Positions 1 through 14,646 of a stretch of 64,000 nt of DNA are shown here, in pieces. The notes beneath the pieces are model-generated. The model saw only the letters and a list, made by a program, of their open reading frames with translations, searched no databases and was not told where the DNA came from. Source of the stretch: Octopus vulgaris. Lineage: Eukaryota. The DNA is taken from contig OX597823.1 in the NCBI GenBank assembly GCA_951406725.2, positions 27,342,001-27,406,000 of the forward strand, read 5' to 3'. Position 1 is the stretch's first letter. The number at the start of each line of letters is the position of its first letter. The position numbers and the translations under genes were made by a program.

Positions 1-110
1 CTCTCTGTGTTTAGCCCCTTGCGGGTAGTAAAGAAATAGGTATTTCGTCCGCTGTTGCGCTCTGAGTTCAAATTCCGCGGAGGTCGACTTTACCTTTCAT
101 CCTTTCGGGA
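1..110 (+). mobile_element. SINE family C fragment (tRNA-derived, MetaSINE-like central domain)
   Basis: GAGTTCAAATTCCG B-box-like plus GTCGACTTTACCTTTCATCCTTTCGGG, shared with copies at 13564, 37544, 43085 and 48763. Confidence 0.7.
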
Positions 111-208
111 ATAACTTATAACTTATGAATGATTTTTCTGGGCGAATTATATGTGGAAGCCTGTGCGTGTGCATGTGCATGTGCGTGTGTATGTGCATGT
201 GTGTGTGA

Positions 209-244
<36 letters not shown>

Positions 245-250
<6 letters not shown>

Positions 251-455
251 ACCATTTGACAACTGGTGTTAGTTCGTTTACGTTCCCTTAAACAAAGATT
301 TCGGCGAAAGAGAACGGTAAGATAAGTGCCAGACTATGAGACTTTGAAAAGAAAATAATCGCTGAGGTTGATTTCTTCGACTAAACTCTTCAAGTCGGTG
401 CTTCAGCATGACCGCATTCCAATAGCTGAAACAAGTCAAACAAACACGATAAAAG
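245..455 (+). mobile_element. SINE family A 3' half, degenerate
   Basis: TTGACAAC..GGTG..TTTACGT...CAGCATGACCGCA...TGAAACAAGT, similar to the full copy at 59924-60330. Confidence 0.6.
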
Positions 456-1559
456 ATGTTATTTTGCTGTCTTTATGAATAAATAACACAGAACTATTGT
501 TGGTAGTTTATTATTGATTAAATGTTAGAATGATTTATTAGCTTTAAACATACCCGGCACCCATCCCACTCATCAAGATGAAGAGACTCGATCAATGACT
601 ACAGTTCTACTACTCGGATACGAGGTAACACCGACGACGAAACATAGCTTTAAGCATAGTTTATTTAAATTACTTTCCGACCGTCTGCATTCTTCCATTT
701 TTCGAACGCTCTTCTGCTCTGCGCTCTCTTTGCGCCTCTTTTCTAAATTACTTCCTGCTATAGTTGTCTCAGTCGATATTTATTTCATTAAACAAAATCA
801 ATATTAAGTTAGTTCCCTCAGTATTGCAAAGTAGGTAAATACATTAGACATAAATGCTTCATATTTCTCATAGAAATTAATTTTTGTTTTTGTTTGATTT
901 CTTCAAATACAGAAACATACATACACACACACATACATACATACATACATACATACATACATACATACATACATACATACACACAGGTTCATGTACATGC
1001 TTATTCAGCAAAGCAAACTATTAAAAACATTGAGTAAACCTTTCATTTGATGCTACGTTCTTCCATAGAAAGGAACACAGAAAGAAACAAGGAGAGAAAA
1101 TATAAGTTATATATATATATATATACATAATTATATACAGCCTTTGAAGACCAACATGTGTTTCAATTGCACCGACAAGCAGTCGTTGGAATATATATGA
1201 AGGCACAAGACTCAGTGATTAGAGTTTTGCGCTTGTGGTCGGGAATCGCAAGGGCGGGCATTGCGTTATGTTCTTGCGCAAAACCTTCATTTTACGACTG
1301 GCTCGTTCCCCCAGATTTTCGGGTCTTGTGCCTTGAGTAGAAAAGGATATATATTTTGTTTTAGGTAGCTACAAACATTTTGAAGGGTTGTTTCTTCACA
1401 ATTTCTAAACATAAGCGCGGGAATTATTGTGTAGTTAAGAAACTTGCTTTGTAACTCCCTGGTTTCAAGCTCAGTCCCCCTGTACAGCACTAGAGCAAGT
1501 GTCTTCTCCAATAGTCCTGGGCCGACCAGTTCCTTCTGAGTGAAATTACCAGACATAAA

Positions 1560-1820
1560 TTTTGTGGAATCCTGCCATATGTAAATAACTATATACGTCT
1601 ATGTCTGTGTATGTTCATACCTTTGTTAGCCACTTGATAACCAGTGTTCGTTTCTTTATGTTCTCATAAGTCAGTGGTTCGACAAAAGAGAAAGAGTAAG
1701 TACAAGTCTTAAAAATCAAAAGTATTGGAGTCCGTTCCTTCGACTAAAACAGTTCAGAGTGGTGCTCCAGCATGGCCGGGTCGCAGTCCAATGACAAACA
1801 AGTAATACACGAAAGATGAA
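1560..1820 (+). mobile_element. SINE family A 3' part, degenerate
   Basis: GGTGCTCCAGCATGGCC and upstream motifs as in 59924-60330. Confidence 0.55.
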
Positions 1821-1996
1821 ACAAATATATTGTTCAAATTATTTTGTATTCTATGTACCGCTATTTGTTCGTATAGATTTTGCAGGTTTTTTACGAGAAA
1901 GTTTTGTCTTTTGTGCTGCAGATCCAAATACATATGCCTTAGTTCTGAGTCCTGTACTTCTCAACCAGTTTTAAACTCTTTCTCTTTACATACACA

Positions 1997-2092
<96 letters not shown>

Positions 2093-2098
2093 CATATA

Positions 2099-2182
<84 letters not shown>

Positions 2183-2296
2183 TATATATTATATATATAT
2201 AGTATATATATACTAATGTATTCGCCATGTTAGACCGCTGAAATCTACGTTTGTTTTCATTTGTTTCATTCTCTCTCTGTTTATTTTCTCTTATTC

Positions 2297-2332
2297 CTTT
2301 CTGTTGAAGAGCGTAGATTCGAAACGTAAAAG
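2297..2332 (+). ncRNA. Degenerate minimal type I hammerhead motif in a short (TA)n-flanked repeat (2213-2390)
   Basis: CTTT-CTGTTGA-A-GAGC.GTAG.ATTC-GAAAC-GTA-AAAG; stem I CTTT/AAAG; core A6 mutated; similar to the motif at 34187. Confidence 0.45.
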
Positions 2333-2385
2333 ACATTTTCATTTATCCCGATCGTCAAACTAATACACTTTCTTCGTCTTTTGTT

Positions 2386-2457
<72 letters not shown>

Positions 2458-2622
2458 GTATATGTATATGTATATGTATACAATTTATAACCAAGGGCAA
2501 AAGAAAAAAAGATTCTAATGCCAAATATGCTGAAAATAGACAAATCCTCAATAACCATATAATTTATCACTATAAGCACGTGTTTCGAAGCAAGCCGACA
2601 GAAATTTCTAAAAATTTCGTTA

Positions 2623-2683
2623 TTATCGCATCGGTCCCAATTTCAGAGTTAATTCATAAGAATTTTCTCCTCGTCAGCGATAA
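2623..2683 (-). ncRNA. Hammerhead-like motif (G at position 17), left arm
   Basis: Reverse complement TTATCG-CTGACGA-GGAG...CTCT-GAAA-TTGG.GA.CCGA-TG-CGATAA; 6-bp stem I. Confidence 0.6.
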
Positions 2684-2887
2684 ATACGGTAAGAAATAAC
2701 TGAAATACTTACCTATACCCATGGAAGAAGCAAACACTGTGAGAGTTTTCAGTCCGATCGCACGTGTCTCGAGGTGTGCTGGAGAATTTCTATTTTGGAT
2801 ATGTTTGGGGTACTTAAGTGTGCTCATGACTTAGTGTTTGCTTCTTCCATGCGCATAGGTAAGTATTTCAGTTATTTCTTACCGTAT

Positions 2888-2948
2888 TTATCGCTGACGA
2901 GGAGAAAAGTCTTATGAATTAACTCTGAAATTGGGACAGGTGCGATAA
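2888..2948 (+). ncRNA. Hammerhead-like motif (G at position 17), right arm
   Basis: TTATCG-CTGACGA-GGAG...CTCT-GAAA-TTGGGACAGG-TG-CGATAA. Confidence 0.55.
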
Positions 2949-3162
2949 TAACGGAATTTTTTAGAAATTTCTGTCGGCTTGCTTCGAGACACGTGCTTAT
3001 AGTGATAAATTATATGGTTATTGACGATTTGTCTATTTTCGGCATATTTGGCATTAGAATTTTTTCTTTTGCCCTTGATTATAAGTTGCTTACAAATTTA
3101 ACCTTTAAGGTATTGACAGAATTTTTTTCGAAAACTTTTATTCTATATTAAATGTATATATG

Positions 3163-3278
<116 letters not shown>

Positions 3279-4244
3279 CATATATATATATACTTAAATG
3301 TCAAACAATGAGAGTGAGTACTCAACACCGCATTGGGGGATAAAAATCCTTTATTTGTGTATTAAGGCTACCATTGGTTTCCCATTAAGAGATATGTATT
3401 AACAATTTTTCAAGCGGATCTACATGGAGAAGTTGGTGTTCGTCTCCACAAATATATATATGGTCGTATTTTGCCCAATCCTGTGGTACATATCTTAATC
3501 TCTTAACAATCTCTTAAACATATCTTAATCTCTTAACAAACATTTTCTTCAAACCCATTTTCGTCTTGTTATTTCTTAATTTCAATCCTGATTGTGCCTG
3601 TCACATTTATTAACTTTCTTAAAGATGAATGCCTTTTTTATCAGTTTTTTTTTTTTTACTGTTTAATATCATCCATTCCTACTACTTACCTTTTCTTTTA
3701 CTTGACAGTTTCGTAGACTTGCACTCAGTAGAAATTCTATAATAGTTATCAGCTTCACTGAGACCCTCTTCCTCTCTGTATTCGTTATAAATATAATTGA
3801 GTACAGGTGTTTTTTGGGGTGGGTGTGACGGCGTTTGGGTGGTGTATTCCACCTACAGAAATTACTTTTTGTTTTGGCAAATTTACTTCACGTTCTGCTG
3901 AGATTATTATTAATGTAAGATATTTCCCAAACTGCAAGAAAATTATAACCTTATTTCTTGAATTTAATAATAGTCTGATGCGTCTGTATTATTTCTTCCT
4001 AAACTTATATGCACTTCTCGGTTTAGATCATTATTTCTGAAACATTTCTATGTGTTTGTTATAAATTTTCCATCCCCGTTTCTCTATTCAATACGGTATT
4101 AGTGCTTTTTTTCTTTTTTATTGTTTTCTATTCAACGTTACACTGAAGCAGTTTACAAACGGAATTTTATGGCAGTTGTGAATGTAAATGTCTAGTCGTG
4201 ATTCCAGACGTTTGTTATCTGCTGGATAAGGCGTGGAGTCAAAG

Positions 4245-4333
<89 letters not shown>

Positions 4334-4350
4334 CTGACTGACAGACACAC

Positions 4351-4430
<80 letters not shown>

Positions 4431-5288
4431 TGATAGAACGATAGACGGATAGATTTCATGTTACTCGATGAAACGGTGCACAGTATAAGAATCGTTGTTT
4501 GCGTATCCGCATAAGGCGAGACAAGACCGACTAAGTTGTAAAAATAATGTCAAACCAAATAGTGACATACGTATTAAATAATAATCTAATGCGTATGGTT
4601 CGGGTTTGCATAATACATAACAGGATAGGCATCTATTACATAAGACCTTCCTCAAAATATTTCAAATATGAAGCAGTTGATTAGTTTCGATTCACTTGTC
4701 TCCTGGTGATATATTATTATGCCGATACTTACGATTTTCGTGTGACACAAGAAGTGGGGGATACATATCATCAGGTTATTCAGTAAGAGTGTTCATATCT
4801 GCTCATTTGATTGACATTTTAGTGTAGTCAATATTACGATCATCTGGTATATGACAGCGTTTTTATCACGGTAGGCACTTTGGGCCACATTTTTCTGAAT
4901 TACATCTAAGGACTTTGGCAACTGAAGAAAAGGTTGCGCCGTGCTGAAGACGGCTATAGAGCCAGAAACATATGTCCACGACATATTCGTCTGCCCTTTT
5001 CCTTTATAATCTCGAGATTATGTCTCCTTCTCATGTAGAGCTGGTCTTTCTTGTCATTTGGTAATTATGATACACGCTCTAGAGGCGGAGATAATTTTGA
5101 TGAATCAAGAATTTATGTTTTGTGGTTTTCAATATATCTATATATGTGTGCGTATGGGAGGGGAGAGAGAGAGTGGGTGAGAGAGAGAAAGAGAGACAGA
5201 ATGATCGATAAATAGATAGAGAGAGAGAGAGATAAATAGATAGTTAGATAGATAGATAGATTGATTGATTGATTGATTGATAGAGATG

Positions 5289-5338
<50 letters not shown>

Positions 5339-5339
5339 C

Positions 5340-5387
<48 letters not shown>

Positions 5388-7094
5388 AATTGACAGACAT
5401 ACAGATAGAAAGATAGATGTACAGACATACAGACAGATATGTATGTAGGAATGTATATATAAGAATTAGCATATGTATACACATATGTAAATCGTTTACT
5501 ACTATTTTTGCCTGTACTTTGTAAGTATCTGTAAGATATTTAATCAAAAGTGTGTTACTTCTATCTCTTCTATTTGTGTGTGTTCTGCATTATCGAGCTT
5601 ATTTTTTACAGTCTTCGCGATATAATTAACTGCTGCCTCCATTTTTGTTATCACCGTCTTAATCGTAACAATACAGCGGCTGTCCATAGCTCATTGCTGC
5701 AAACTTTTTCCTTCTATTACTGTTGATGTCGCTTTTATTATTTTTCGTTTTACCTAGTTCTTGATAAAATTATTTTCGGTTGGACTCGAACTATTTGTTT
5801 TGTTCAAAAAACCATTATTTATTTTTTGATAACGACAGTGTTTTCCCCTACTATTTTTTTTTTATCGATATAAGGAAAGCATTTTACAAAACGCTCTTGA
5901 TTTCTCCTGTTTCTTTAAACATTGTTTTTCTATTATTACTCATCTCTGTTATTTTCTCTTAACTTTTTGACTTCTTAATTATGAGTTATTGATTTCATGA
6001 AGCAATAAGATATATTTTAGAGTATTTGTTCTATTTTTTCTGCGAGTTTATTTTCTTCCTTGTTTGTTTGGATTTTATTTTCCGAGTATATACTTCTAAG
6101 TGCCCGAATTTCTCATAACTACCCTAGTAGTTATACAACGAGATTTGTTTTATTTGCTAATATGAATGCAAATTTATCAATTATTGCTCACTTTGCGTTT
6201 TTGCAGTTGTTACTATTTCGAATTTCATTGGTTAATAGAAAAGTATTCAATCGATTTTAATTCTTTAACTATTTCCACTCTCAAATTATTGTCAAGTTCC
6301 ATCTTTAGAACTTCCAATTAGATCTCCCTCATATTTCTTTGTGTTCATACTTAGTGTAGTTCTAGTTCGGCTTTTATTTGTCTGAATTTTTTTTTTTTTG
6401 TGTATGTTCTAGGTTTAATATTGTTGCGTTTTGTTATTTATTTTATGTGCTTTACAAATGCAAGTTATATCTTCGTGAATTACTTCCGCGATGTTCATAA
6501 CATTATTGTTTTCATTGATTCTTTTTTATTGATCTATACCACATATTAGATCAGAAAAAAGAAAATTCAATTACTAGTTCACATATCAAACAATATTTGG
6601 TCCCAATAATTAAATATGTTCAGTCTATCTTTCTCTTAAATATTCTGTTTTCACTTCTGTTATTTTGATAGGTTTCGCTACTATAACTTTTAAATTAGCT
6701 CGTCTGCCAGGTCCTCCAAAGCAGCAGGGTGGGGATGCAAAGAAGTAAGCCCCAGACGGGGACAAAATAAGTCATAAAGAGAAGTCGGCTGAGATCTCCC
6801 ATGGGCCAGGTGGTGTTGTTATAAATGATGTATCTATCAGCCACTTTTATCATGTAAAACAGACTCTTAACCATATAAAGGTGTCTAAATCCAAGCCTTG
6901 TAGGGTTTGCCTTTTTTCTTTTAAAAAGCCGTTGGAAAACCGATTATAGCAGCGATTCCATCTAAGAATATCTGAAGAAGAAATTTTATTCCGAAATATC
7001 ATCAGACTACGGACGACTAAATTACAACAGGTATACAGCCCGTTGTTTGTATTATAGTGCATTGTTGTACCACTCAAAACTTTTTAATATATAC

Positions 7095-7157
<63 letters not shown>

Positions 7158-7344
7158 CGGACTTTGTCATGAACAGGTCGATTTTAGCGACGAAAATATT
7201 TTGACAATTAAACTTAAATGTTGGAGTGAATCGAACGGCTTTTTGTGTTTTCTTAAATGGCTTATAAACACCTCCCACGCTGCAATTGTTTTCGTTTCAG
7301 CACACGATCTCAGATCAAATTACTTGCTATGCGAGTACATCTCC

Positions 7345-7994
<650 letters not shown>

Positions 7995-8030
7995 ATATAT
8001 ATATATGTAGGTGTGTAGTATACGAGTGGG

Positions 8031-8590
8031 TATATATTTATAAAAATGAAGTTTGAAAACGCCACTATATAAGATAAATTTTAATTTTCTTAGAAATTTT
8101 ACATGTTTCGCTTCTTCTTGAAAAAACGAACCTTATCAAAAATATTTTTAAAAGTTAAGTGTAAGAAAAAAGTTCATAATTGTTTCTTACTAGTCTCAGC
8201 AGAGTCCACGTGGTGGTTTTTTGTGAGGGGGAACATAATAGATGTCTTGTGCGTTGACTAGATCCGTTGGCTGTAGTTGGGGAAATGACCAGCGGCCGAA
8301 ACACTGCTATTTCGGCCGGTGGTCATTTCACCAACTACAGCCAACGAATCTAGGCAACACACAAGGCAGCTATTATGCTCCCCCCACCCCCACACAAAAA
8401 ACCACCACGTGGACTCTGTTAAGACTAATAGGAAACAATGATGAACTTTTTTATTACACTTAACTTTTAAAAAATATTTTTGATAAGGTTCGATTTTTCA
8501 AGAGGAACCGAAGCATGTAAAATTTCTAAGAAAATTTAAATTTATTTTATATAGTGGCGTTTTCAAAATTCTTTTTTATAAATATATATA
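8031..8590. mobile_element. Near-perfect ~560-bp palindrome (8-nt loop 8302-8309) between (TA)n tracts
   Basis: Arms pair, e.g. GAGTCCACGTGGTGGTTTTTTG / CAAAAAACCACCACGTGGACTC; U3A8 hammerhead motif in both arms. Confidence 0.85.
8096..8143 (-). ncRNA. Minimal type I hammerhead, U3-A8 variant
   Basis: Reverse complement ATTT-TTGATAA-GGTTC...GAAGC-GAAAC-AT-GTA-AAAT; mirror copy 8476-8523 has a perfect stem II GGTTC/GAACC but GAAG in place of GAAA. Confidence 0.6.
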
Positions 8591-8607
8591 TACATATACA
8601 TATACAT

Positions 8608-8654
<47 letters not shown>

Positions 8655-8685
8655 ATATATATATACACATATATATATATATACT

Positions 8686-8724
<39 letters not shown>

Positions 8725-8728
8725 TTAT

Positions 8729-8797
<69 letters not shown>

Positions 8798-8811
8798 CAT
8801 ACATATATGTA

Positions 8812-9086
8812 TAAAATTTAGACAAAAAACTCTATTAAGCAATTCAATAATGAAAAATGTTATTCACACCATATAGAAAACATACCTTACTCTAAAAATG
8901 AATAAAGTATAAAGGCAATAAACAGTAAATAGTAGTAAAGAGACCACGCGTAGTCTTTTTACTACTATTAACTATTTATTGTCTTTGTACTTTATTGATT
9001 TTTAGAATAGTATATGATTTCTATATGGTGTGAAAAACATCTTTCGTTATTGAATTGTTTAATAGAGGTTTTTCTGTAACTTATAT
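8812..9086. mobile_element. Diverged ~270-bp palindrome centred on ACGCGT (8946-8951), next to (TA)n
   Basis: TTCACACCATATAGAAA / TTTCTATATGGTGTGAA and AATAGTAGTAAA / TTTACTACTATT. Confidence 0.8.
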
Positions 9087-9579
9087 ACATATATTATATA
9101 TTGTGAAATTTGATTTAAAATTGCTAGATTGAATTTTTCACTGTAAATTTTGAAATTATATTCCCTACTATTTTTATATATGTAAGTGTGTGTGTGTGTG
9201 TTTTTGAATGTATCACGAGTTTCCACACAATTTTCGTCTACCAAATTTACCCACAAGGCATCAGTCCAAGACACCTGCCAGTGTGCTGCGCAGTGGGACT
9301 GAACTTGAAACGACGTGGTTGCAAAGCGAGATTCTTAGCTAGACAGTCATGCTTACTTCTTTTATGTTCAGAGTTAAAATTCCGTTTGGTTTAATCCTGA
9401 ACTTCAACCGACGAAATAATTACGAACTAAAGTTCTTAGGTTAATACAATCAGTTTATACTTGCAAACAAGGGACAACAGCTGAGAAAATCCTGACGAAT
9501 GGCCTTCGTTTTGGGTGTGCAATAAAGGTAGACACGGGTATAAATCTAAACAGTCACGATATTCCTATGAAAAGTGGTA

Positions 9580-10030
<451 letters not shown>

Positions 10031-10035
10031 ATGTA

Positions 10036-10069
<34 letters not shown>

Positions 10070-10475
10070 TATATGCTTCCATCGCTTGACAACCGATGTT
10101 GGTGTGTTAACGTCCCCGTAAGCTAGCGCTTCGGCAAAAGATACGGACAGAATAAGTACTCGGCTTACAAAGAATATGCCCTGGCGGTCGATTCGTTCGA
10201 CTAAAGCCGCTGTCAAATGACTGAAACAAATAAAAGAATAAAAGATAAGATAGTAAATCATAGTACTCGACGTCTCTCAGCATTATATAAATGAATAAAT
10301 AAATAAATAAATGATGAAGTAATCAATTAAGGGGGTTAATTTATTGAACCATAAAATAACGTTGGTTTTCTGCCTTAAAAAGAAAAAAACTCATTAACTC
10401 CTTGGCGTCTAACGCAATATTTGGTCACAGTAATGAAATATCTTTTTCAGTATGTGCGTTTATTAGTTGATGTAT

Positions 10476-10611
10476 TTAGCTAAAATGGCGTACGATTAGC
10501 TAAAATGGCGTAAGAGTATCTAAAATGGCGTACAATTAGCTAAAATCAATTAGCTAAAATAGCGTACGATTAGCAAAAATGGCGTAAGACTAGATAAAAT
10601 GGCGTACGATT
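10476..10611. repeat. 20-bp minisatellite (TTAGCTAAAATGGCGTACGA), ~6 copies
   Basis: Direct reading. Confidence 0.9.
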
Positions 10612-11277
10612 CATTTTGTTTTTTTTATAGTTCACTTTAATCACAACCACACAAACGCTAAAATATGGTCATACACGCACCTACATATATACTATTTAAA
10701 TAATCCGTATGTGTGTGTGTGTATGTGTGTGTGTTTGCGAGTATGTATGTATGTTTGTGTATGTAAATGTGTGTGTGAGTGAATGTGTGTGTGTGCGCAC
10801 GTGAGTGCGTGTATGTGTGTGTGAGTGTATGTGTGTGTATCTGTAAGTGTGTGTGTTTGCGGATATGTATATGAGCGTGTGTGTGTGTATGTGAGTGTGT
10901 ATGTGTATGTGTGTGTGAGTGTGTGTGTGTGCGTGTGCATGTGTGTATGTGTGTGTGCACACGTGAGTGCGTGTGAGTGTGTATGACTGTGTGCGTGAAT
11001 GTGTGTGCGTATGTGTGTGTAGGTGCTCGCGCGTATACGTACATACATATTTACGTATACATATGTGTGTGTGTATGTCTGTCTGTTTCTGATCATTTGA
11101 AAAATTATTTCATGAGACGAACCGTAAATTTTCATCAGATTTATTTATCATTTCACGTATCCTAAATTTCATTCTTTTGGGGTCGATAAAATAAATACTA
11201 CTTGAGCATTCACCTTACTGCCTCCCCCTAAAATTTATGGCCTTGTGCAAAAATTTGAAACTATTATTATCATTATT

Positions 11278-11420
11278 GAATGCACCGGACAAAAACGCTC
11301 AACGACATTTCGTCCGGGTTAATGTTTTGAGTTCAAATTCCCGCGAGGTCGACCTTGCCTTCCATCTTTTCTGGGTCGATAAAATAAGTACCAGTTGAAC
11401 ACTGGGGTCAATGAAATCGT
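11278..11420 (+). mobile_element. SINE family C, degenerate
   Basis: GAGTTCAAATTCCCGCGAGGTCGACCTTGCCTTCCATC...GTCGATAAAATAAGTACCAG. Confidence 0.65.
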
Positions 11421-11502
11421 CTTCCTAGTGCCAAAATTGGTAACCATTATTCAATCGACTAACTCCTCTCCTCAAAATTTCAGGTCTTCTGCTTATAATA
11501 GA

Positions 11503-11571
<69 letters not shown>

Positions 11572-11849
11572 CGTCATCGCCGTCGTCATCATCATCATCA
11601 TCATCATCGACCCTTTCATTTATGTTCTAAATTCAAATCCACTGGAGAGTCACTTTGCCTTTCACCCATTTGGTGGGATTAACACCCTCCCCACAAAGCA
11701 TCTGACCTTGTATCTAAATTAGGCATAACTATTTGATCATTTATGATGTCAGCTGCTTCCTGCTACTTCAATAATTGTGGATTTGTGCCTATGAAGGATA
11801 AATACACGAACAGAAATATTCACTGCTATCTTTCGCTTTAAGTATGTGT

Positions 11850-12024
11850 ACCTTGTGACCTGCGGCTTCTGCCTTGTGACTTGTGACTTGTGACTTGTGC
11901 CTTGTGCCTTGTGACTCGTGTTTTGTGATTTGTGGTTTGTGCCTTGTGATTTGTGCCTTGCGACTTGTGACTTGTGGCTTGTGTTTTGTGACTTGTGATT
12001 TGAGGCTTGTGGCTTGTGGCTTGT
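11850..12024. repeat. Degenerate heptamer tandem repeat (TGACTTG/TGCCTTG/TGGCTTG)
   Basis: Direct reading. Confidence 0.9.
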
Positions 12025-12151
12025 TTCACACTAAGGAGAAATCACTAGTTAAGCATGCGTGGTGTATAGTGGAACGTAGGAAATTTGTAGAAGGAAATTA
12101 TGAGTGAAGGAAGATTTCCTCAATGGTGTTTTATCGCTATGCTGTATTGTA

Positions 12152-12400
12152 GCTGATGACGACGGTAAGGATGATGATAACGATGGAAATGATGCTGACG
12201 AAGACAACGACGACAACGACGATGACGATGATGATGATGATGGAGAGGAGGAGGAGGAGGATGGCGATGATGGCGATGACGATGACGATGACGACGACAA
12301 CGACGCAGGTGATGACAGATGGTGATGATTGATGCTGATGGTGGTGGTAATGATGATGTTTGTTGGGGTTGATTATGATGATGACAACGACGACGAGGAG
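12152..12400. repeat. Degenerate (GAT/GAC/GAG)n trinucleotide tract
   Basis: Direct reading; explains the poly-D and poly-S ORFs. Confidence 0.9.
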
Positions 12401-12613
12401 GATATTACGATGGTAACAATGGGGAGTGGTGATGTTTGTAATTAGGTAACGTGGAGAAACATTATTAAACACATTGTTAATGGCTTCTCATTACGTCATT
12501 AACGATCTTCAGCGAAGAAGAGGTTAAAGCGACAAACGGTCCACTTCCTTTCAGCATTACTGAGAGGAGGAAGTGCAGATACACTACACCACATATAACA
12601 TGTACAATCGTGA

Positions 12614-12984
12614 CACTCCGTCGGTTACGACGACGAGGGTTCCGGTTGATCCGATCAATGGAACAGCCTGCTAGTGAAATTAACGTGCAAGTGGCTGAGT
12701 ACTCCATATAAACGTGTACCCTTAATGTAGTTCTTGGGGAGATTCAATGTGACACAAAGTGTGACAAAGCTGATCCCTTTGAAATACAGGTGCAAACAGA
12801 GACAGGAAGAAAGAGTGAAAGTTGTGCTGAAAGAGTACAGCAGAGTTTGCCACCACGCCCTGCCGGAGCCTCGTGAAGCTTTAGGTGTTTTCGCCCAATA
12901 AATACTCTCAACGCCCGGTCTGGGAAGCGAAACGGCGATCCTACGACCGTGAGTCTTCTGCCCTAACCACTGGGCCATTGCGCC
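12614..12984 (-). mobile_element. SINE family B, full length
   Basis: Reverse complement of 7547-7925. Confidence 0.85.
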
Positions 12985-13563
12985 TCCACATGCACAATAC
13001 ACAATAAAACATAGAGCCTATATGTCCTGTACTACATCACACACACACACACACACACACACACCTACCACCCATACACTTCCATTAAATCATATTGTAT
13101 GTACCACATGCAACTGGTACATCACAGGGACCATATATACTAACCCACATCACATCACACCCCTATGTATTACTACAGACAGAATATTCTACATCCACTG
13201 CAACCCCACGCAACACCTATCACCGCACCACGCCAACACACCGCTCCATAACACATCCGCCATCATACCACCCACGCCGCACAACATTTGTACAATATCA
13301 TGCTACAGCGCACGATGCCGCACAATAGCGGACCTGGCAACACAACACAACACCACACAATATTATATAACGCTAGACGGAACAAAACACGACACAACAG
13401 AAAAGGACACAACTCCTTGCCCTTTGCTAACAAGGCTTCTTTTTCATCTGGAACTATATTATCAAACTACAAACTAGAAAATGATAAAACATACCAGCTT
13501 CCTCCACACTCTCCTCCTCCTCCTCCTCCTCCTCCTCATCATCATCATCATCATCATCATAAT

Positions 13564-13792
13564 CTATTTCTTTACTACCCACAAGGGACTAAACACTGAG
13601 AGGACAAACAAGGACAGACAAACGGATTAAGTCGATTACATCGACCCTAGACCGCAACTGGTACTTATTTAATCGACTCCGAAAGGATGAAAGGTAAAGT
13701 CGACCTCGGCGGAATTTGAACTCAGAACGAAACGGCAGACGAAATACGGCTACGCATTTCGCCCGGCGTGCTAACGTTTCTGCCAGCTCGCC
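13564..13792 (-). mobile_element. SINE family C, full length
   Basis: Reverse complement GGCGAGCTGGCAGAAACGTTAGCACGCCGGGCG...GAGTTCAAATTCCGCCGAGGTCGACTT. Confidence 0.85.
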
Positions 13793-14312
13793 CATCATAA
13801 TCGTCATCATCATCGTCATCACCTTCATCATCATCATCATCATCACCATGATCTTCATCATCATCGTCATCGTCGTCGTCATCATTATCATTATCGACGT
13901 CACAGTTACTGCATTGTATCACCAAAATCCGATGCAGTTTAAATATGTTTTTCTATTTTTTTTTTTCATTTCTTTACCACTCCTCGTTTCCAACCCCGAA
14001 AACTAAGTCAGTTGTAGCTAATTAACTCTAATTTAACTTAAACTAATATCTCGAGGTAATTCTAGTGAAGTAGAATAACATATAATTTAGAGTAAATGTT
14101 TTCCTGCAATTTTCTTTATTCTTTATCGCTGGTAGTGTTACTATTTTTGTGCACCAAAAATATATTGACACAACTTCACCCACACAATTATACATGATTT
14201 CATCTTTTGAATTATTCAACAAATATCACTCGTAAATATTAAAATGATGCAGATATACGTATTATATTCATACATACATACATACATATACATACATAAT
14301 ATATATATGTAA

Positions 14313-14353
<41 letters not shown>

Positions 14354-14355
14354 CA

Positions 14356-14392
<37 letters not shown>

Positions 14393-14411
14393 CGTATATA
14401 TATATATATAC

Positions 14412-14646
14412 ATCACCGTGGGAGCAGGGACAGCCGAGGAGGGACGGATTCGGTCAGCGGAGCAGAAACGTCAGATGCGTAAAGCCAGAGCCGCCTGCAC
14501 CAGTAGCACGGCCCCTACCCACTTCTGCCCCACCTGTGGGAGGGGCTTCCTTGCCCGGATTGGCCTCACCAGCCACCTCCGGTCTCATGCCGCCAGTTCC
14601 ATCAGATGATGTCAGTTGGTCATCTTCGAACCGAAGGACGAACATT

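Larger units (their letters stand above)
2481..3143 (+). mobile_element. Fold-back element (arms 2481-2738 / 2833-3088, extra tail to ~3143) between (TA)n tracts; probable non-autonomous PLE derivative
   Basis: Arms of ~256 bp are reverse complements with few mismatches; hammerhead-like motif in each arm. Confidence 0.8.

Noticed and set aside
5700-6600. Possible PLE N-terminal/RT remnant on the minus strand
   Set aside because: Only a faint G.NTVVI-like match in very AT-rich sequence; not supportable by eye.
12049-12472. Acidic poly-D/E and poly-S ORFs
   Set aside because: Trinucleotide tract with no flanking domain or splice evidence.
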